DNA of 64,000 bases from a plasmid. Where the stretch lies: sequence record AP025670.1, one strand, 5' to 3'. Position 1 is the stretch's first letter. Every line of letters starts with the position of its first letter. A program made the position numbers and the translations under genes. Below, in pieces: positions 60,184-64,000 of this stretch. The notes below the pieces were generated by a model, which worked only from the letters and a program-made list of their open reading frames with translations, was not told the origin of the DNA and made no database searches.

Positions 60184-61554
60184 ATGGATTTTGAACAGAT
60201 TTCCTGCTCGCTGCTTCCGCTTCTTGGAGGCAAAGAAAATATCGCCAGCGCCGCGCACTGCGCCACGCGCCTGCGCCTGGTGCTGGTCGATGATTCGCTG
60301 GCCGACCAGCAGGCCATCGGCAAAGTTGAAGGGGTGAAGGGCTGTTTTCGTAATGCCGGACAGATGCAGATTATTTTCGGCACCGGGGTGGTAAATAAGG
60401 TCTACGCTGCCTTTACTCAGGCGGCGGGTATTAGCGAATCCAGCAAATCGGAAGCCGCCGACATCGCGGCAAAAAAGCTCAATCCGTTCCAGCGCATCGC
60501 CCGCCTGCTATCAAACATCTTCGTGCCGATAATCCCTGCCATCGTCGCCTCTGGTCTGCTGATGGGCCTGCTGGGAATGGTCAAAACATACGGCTGGGTT
60601 GACCCGGGCAACGCCATCTACATCATGCTGGATATGTGCAGCTCGGCGGCATTTATCATTCTGCCGATTCTGATTGGCTTTACCGCCGCCCGCGAATTCG
60701 GCGGTAATCCTTATCTCGGCGCGACGCTTGGCGGCATTCTGACTCATCCAGCGCTGACTAACGCCTGGGGCGTGGCCGCGGGTTTCCACACCATGAACTT
60801 TTTCGGCTTCGAAATTGCCATGATCGGCTATCAGGGTACGGTGTTCCCGGTACTGCTGGCAGTATGGTTTATGAGCATCGTTGAGAAGCAGTTGCGTCGC
60901 GCAATCCCCGATGCCCTGGATTTGATCCTGACGCCGTTCCTGACGGTGATTATATCCGGTTTTATCGCCCTGTTGATTATCGGCCCGGCCGGTCGCGCAC
61001 TGGGCGACGGTATCTCGTTTGTCCTCAGCACCCTGATTAGCCACGCCGGCTGGCTCGCCGGGTTACTGTTTGGCGGTCTCTATTCAGTTATCGTCATTAC
61101 CGGTATTCATCACAGCTTCCATGCGGTTGAAGCCGGGTTGCTGGGCAATCCCTCCATCGGCGTCAACTTCCTGCTGCCGATTTGGGCGATGGCCAACGTC
61201 GCTCAGGGCGGAGCCTGTCTGGCGGTGTGGTTCAAAACCAAAGATGCAAAAATTAAAGCCATTACTCTGCCCTCGGCGTTTTCCGCCATGCTGGGCATCA
61301 CCGAGGCGGCGATTTTTGGTATTAACCTGCGCTTTGTGAAGCCATTTATTGCGGCGCTGATTGGTGGTGCGGCGGGCGGCGCATGGGTGGTATCTGTACA
61401 CGTCTACATGACCGCGGTCGGCTTGACAGCGATCCCCGGCATGGCCATCGTGCAGGCCAGTTCGCTGTTGAACTACATTATCGGGATGGTTATCGCCTTT
61501 GGCGTCGCCTTTACGGTCTCCCTGGTTTTGAAATACAAAACGGACGCTGAATAA
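60184..61554 (+). CDS. scrA: PTS sucrose-specific EIIBC ScrA
   Basis: EIIB Cys motif HCATRLRL, followed by the polytopic EIIC domain. Confidence 0.9.
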   Translation: MDFEQISCSLLPLLGGKENIASAAHCATRLRLVLVDDSLADQQAIGKVEGVKGCFRNAGQMQIIFGTGVVNKVYAAFTQAAGISESSKSEAADIAAKKLNPFQRIARLLSNIFVPIIPAIVASGLLMGLLGMVKTYGWVDPGNAIYIMLDMCSSAAFIILPILIGFTAAREFGGNPYLGATLGGILTHPALTNAWGVAAGFHTMNFFGFEIAMIGYQGTVFPVLLAVWFMSIVEKQLRRAIPDALDLILTPFLTVIISGFIALLIIGPAGRALGDGISFVLSTLISHAGWLAGLLFGGLYSVIVITGIHHSFHAVEAGLLGNPSIGVNFLLPIWAMANVAQGGACLAVWFKTKDAKIKAITLPSAFSAMLGITEAAIFGINLRFVKPFIAALIGGAAGGAWVVSVHVYMTAVGLTAIPGMAIVQASSLLNYIIGMVIAFGVAFTVSLVLKYKTDAE

Positions 61555-62954
61555 TGTCTCTTCCATCACGACTGCCTGCGATTTTGCAGGCCGTAATGCA
61601 GGGCCAGCCGCGCGCGCTGGCCGATAGCCACTATCCGCGCTGGCACCATGCGCCGGTCACCGGGCTGATGAACGACCCCAACGGCTTTATCGAATTTGCC
61701 GGACGCTATCATCTGTTTTATCAGTGGAACCCGCTCGCCTGCGATCATACGTTTAAGTGCTGGGCGCACTGGAGTTCCATCGATCTGCTGCACTGGCAGC
61801 ATGAGCCCATTGCGCTGATGCCGGACGAAGAGTATGACCGTAACGGCTGCTACTCCGGCAGCGCGGTGGATAACAACGGTACGCTTACCCTGTGCTATAC
61901 CGGCAACGTGAAGTTTGCCGAGGGAGGGCGAACCGCCTGGCAATGCCTGGCAACGGAAAACGCTGACGGCACCTTCCGCAAAATCGGTCCGGTCCTGCCG
62001 CTGCCGGAGGGCTACACCGGCCACGTGCGCGACCCAAAAGTCTGGCGACACGAAGACCTGTGGTACATGGTGCTGGGCGCGCAGGATCGGCAAAAGCGCG
62101 GCAAGGTGCTGCTGTTCAGCTCTGCGGATCTCCATCAGTGGACGAGTATGGGTGAAATCGCCGGCCACGGCATCAATGGCCTCGACGACGTCGGCTATAT
62201 GTGGGAGTGCCCGGATCTTTTTCCACTCGGCGACCAGCATATTCTAATCTGCTGTCCGCAGGGGATTGCCCGTGAGGAAGAGTGCTACCTGAACACCTAC
62301 CCGGCAGTATGGATGGCGGGCGAGTTTGATTACGCTGCTGGCGCTTTCAGACACGGCGAACTGCACGAACTGGACGCCGGGTTTGAGTTCTACGCCCCGC
62401 AAACCATGCTTACCAGTGATGGCCGTCGTCTGCTGGTCGGCTGGATGGGCGTGCCGGAGGGCGAAGAGATGCTTCAGCCGACCCTGAACAACGGCTGGAT
62501 CCATCAGATGACCTGCCTGCGTGAGCTGGAGTTTATCAACGGTCAGCTCTATCAGCGTCCGCTACGGGAACTGAGCGCCCTGCGCGGTGAAGCGAACGGC
62601 TGGTCGGGGAACGCCCTGCCGCTGGCACCGATGGAAATCGATTTGCAAACCCGCGGGGGCGATATGTTGAGCCTCGATTTTGGCGGCGTATTAACCCTTG
62701 AGTGCGATGCCAGCGGACTCCGCCTGGCCCGACGCAGTCTCGCCAGTGACGAGATGCATTATCGTTACTGGCGCGGAAACGTCCGCTCGCTGCGTGTTTT
62801 CATCGACCAGTCGAGCGTGGAGATTTTCATAAACGGCGGTGAAGGGGTGATGAGCAGCCGCTACTTCCCGGCCTGCTCCGGTCAGCTAACATTCTCCGGC
62901 ATCACGCCGGACGCATTCTGCTACTGGCCGCTGCGAACTTGCATGGTAGAATAA
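61554..62954 (+). CDS. scrB: Sucrose-6-phosphate hydrolase ScrB (GH32)
   Basis: GH32 motifs …GLMNDPNGF…, …WECPD…. Confidence 0.9.
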
Positions 62955-62983
62955 GCGTTTTGCTTCAGGCTCATGGCGTCGTA

Positions 62984-63988
62984 ATGAAAACCAAACGCGT
63001 AACCATTAAAGATATAGCCGAACAGGCTGGCGTCTCCAAAGCGACCGCCAGCTTGGTACTGAATGGTCGTGGCAAGGAGCTGCGCGTGGCGCAGGAAACG
63101 CGTGAGCGCGTACTGTCGATTGCCCGTAAGCATCACTATCAGCCAAGCATTCATGCCCGCTCGCTGCGCAACAACCGCAGCCACACCATCGGGCTGGTGG
63201 TGCCGGAGATCACCAACCACGGCTTTGCGGTCTTTGCCCATGAGCTGGAGATGCTGTGCCGCGAGGCGGGCGTCCAGCTGTTGATCTCTTGTACTGATGA
63301 AAACCCCGGTCAGGAGAGCGTGGTGGTCAATAATATGATTGCCCGCCAGGTCGACGGGATGATCGTCGCTTCCTGTATGCACAACGATGCCGACTATCTC
63401 AAACTCAGCCAACAGCTGCCAGTGGTGCTGTTTGACCGGTGCCCCAATGAAAGCGCGCTGCCGCTGGTAATGACCGATTCGATTACCCCAACGGCGGAAC
63501 TGATTTCCCGCATCGCGCCTCAGCATAGCGATGAGTTCTGGTTTTTAGGCGGTCAGGCGCGTCTGTCGCCCTCCCGCGATCGTCTGACCGGGTTCACGCA
63601 GGGTTTGGCTCAGGCGGGTATTGCCCTGCGTCCGGAATGGGTGATCAACGGCAATTACCACCCCAGCTCCGGCTATGAGATGTTTGCCGCACTCTGCGCG
63701 CGCCTTGGGCGGCCGCCTAAGGCGCTATTCACCGCCGCCTGCGGGCTGCTCGAAGGGGTTCTGCGCTATATGAGCCAGCACCATTTACTCGATTCCGATA
63801 TTCATCTGACGAGCTTTGACGATCACTATCTTTATGATTCGCTGTCGCTGCGTATCGACACTGTCCAGCAGGATAATCGCCAGCTGGCCTGGCACTGCTA
63901 CGATCTGATAAGCCAGCTGATCGAGGGCGATACGCCCGAAACGCTACAACGCTACCTGCCCGCAACGCTGCAGTTTCGGCATCAGTAA
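62984..63988 (+). CDS. scrR: LacI-family sucrose repressor ScrR
   Basis: [31 protein letters not shown]; 334 aa. Confidence 0.85.
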
Positions 63989-64000
63989 TAACTGAGTATT

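Overview
The window begins at the replication end of a large conjugative-plasmid backbone. Its RepA and iteron array are IncA/C (IncC)-like, and the 'repA → ~50 small ORFs → parA-parB-053' layout fits that backbone type, but the replicon type is my recollection and was not verified. repA (1-1101) is followed by an origin module: about 14 direct 19-20-bp iterons (consensus TATATGGGAACGCTGCACG), DnaA boxes and an AT-rich block. About 43 kb of tightly packed, mostly plus-strand, mostly small ORFs follow. Recognisable products are sppA, a DsbA/DsbC-like thioredoxin, a thermonuclease, HU, higBA, an AAA+ ATPase, a ParB-like protein, three orphan DNA methyltransferases, parA-parB-'053' and a plasmid topoisomerase III. 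Two recurring palindromic operator families punctuate this backbone. One is the perfect 16-mer CTTTCACATGTGAAAG (8 copies). The other is a ~28-bp inverted repeat resembling TTTACAGTATCATAAAATGATACTGTAAA (about 10 copies upstream of operons). From 45.3 kb the backbone is interrupted by a mosaic accessory region: IS26, tetR(D)-tetA(D), a 2.78-kb AT-rich element with 25-bp terminal IRs and a 9-bp TSD (ORF3-like protein, serine recombinase, ISNCY-type DDE transposase), a Tn3-family tnpA-res-tnpR-blaTEM-1 whose right end is cut by a second IS26, IS30- and IS3-family remnants, and a Klebsiella-type sucrose regulon scrK-scrY-scrA-scrB-scrR with ScrR operators. No rRNA, tRNA or CRISPR array was seen. 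The best candidate for an undescribed system is at 20.4-26.1 kb: an AAA+ ATPase with DUF1257-like and DUF2997-like small proteins, followed by paralogous secreted/membrane proteins, three of which end in the identical heptapeptide KRKIILD.
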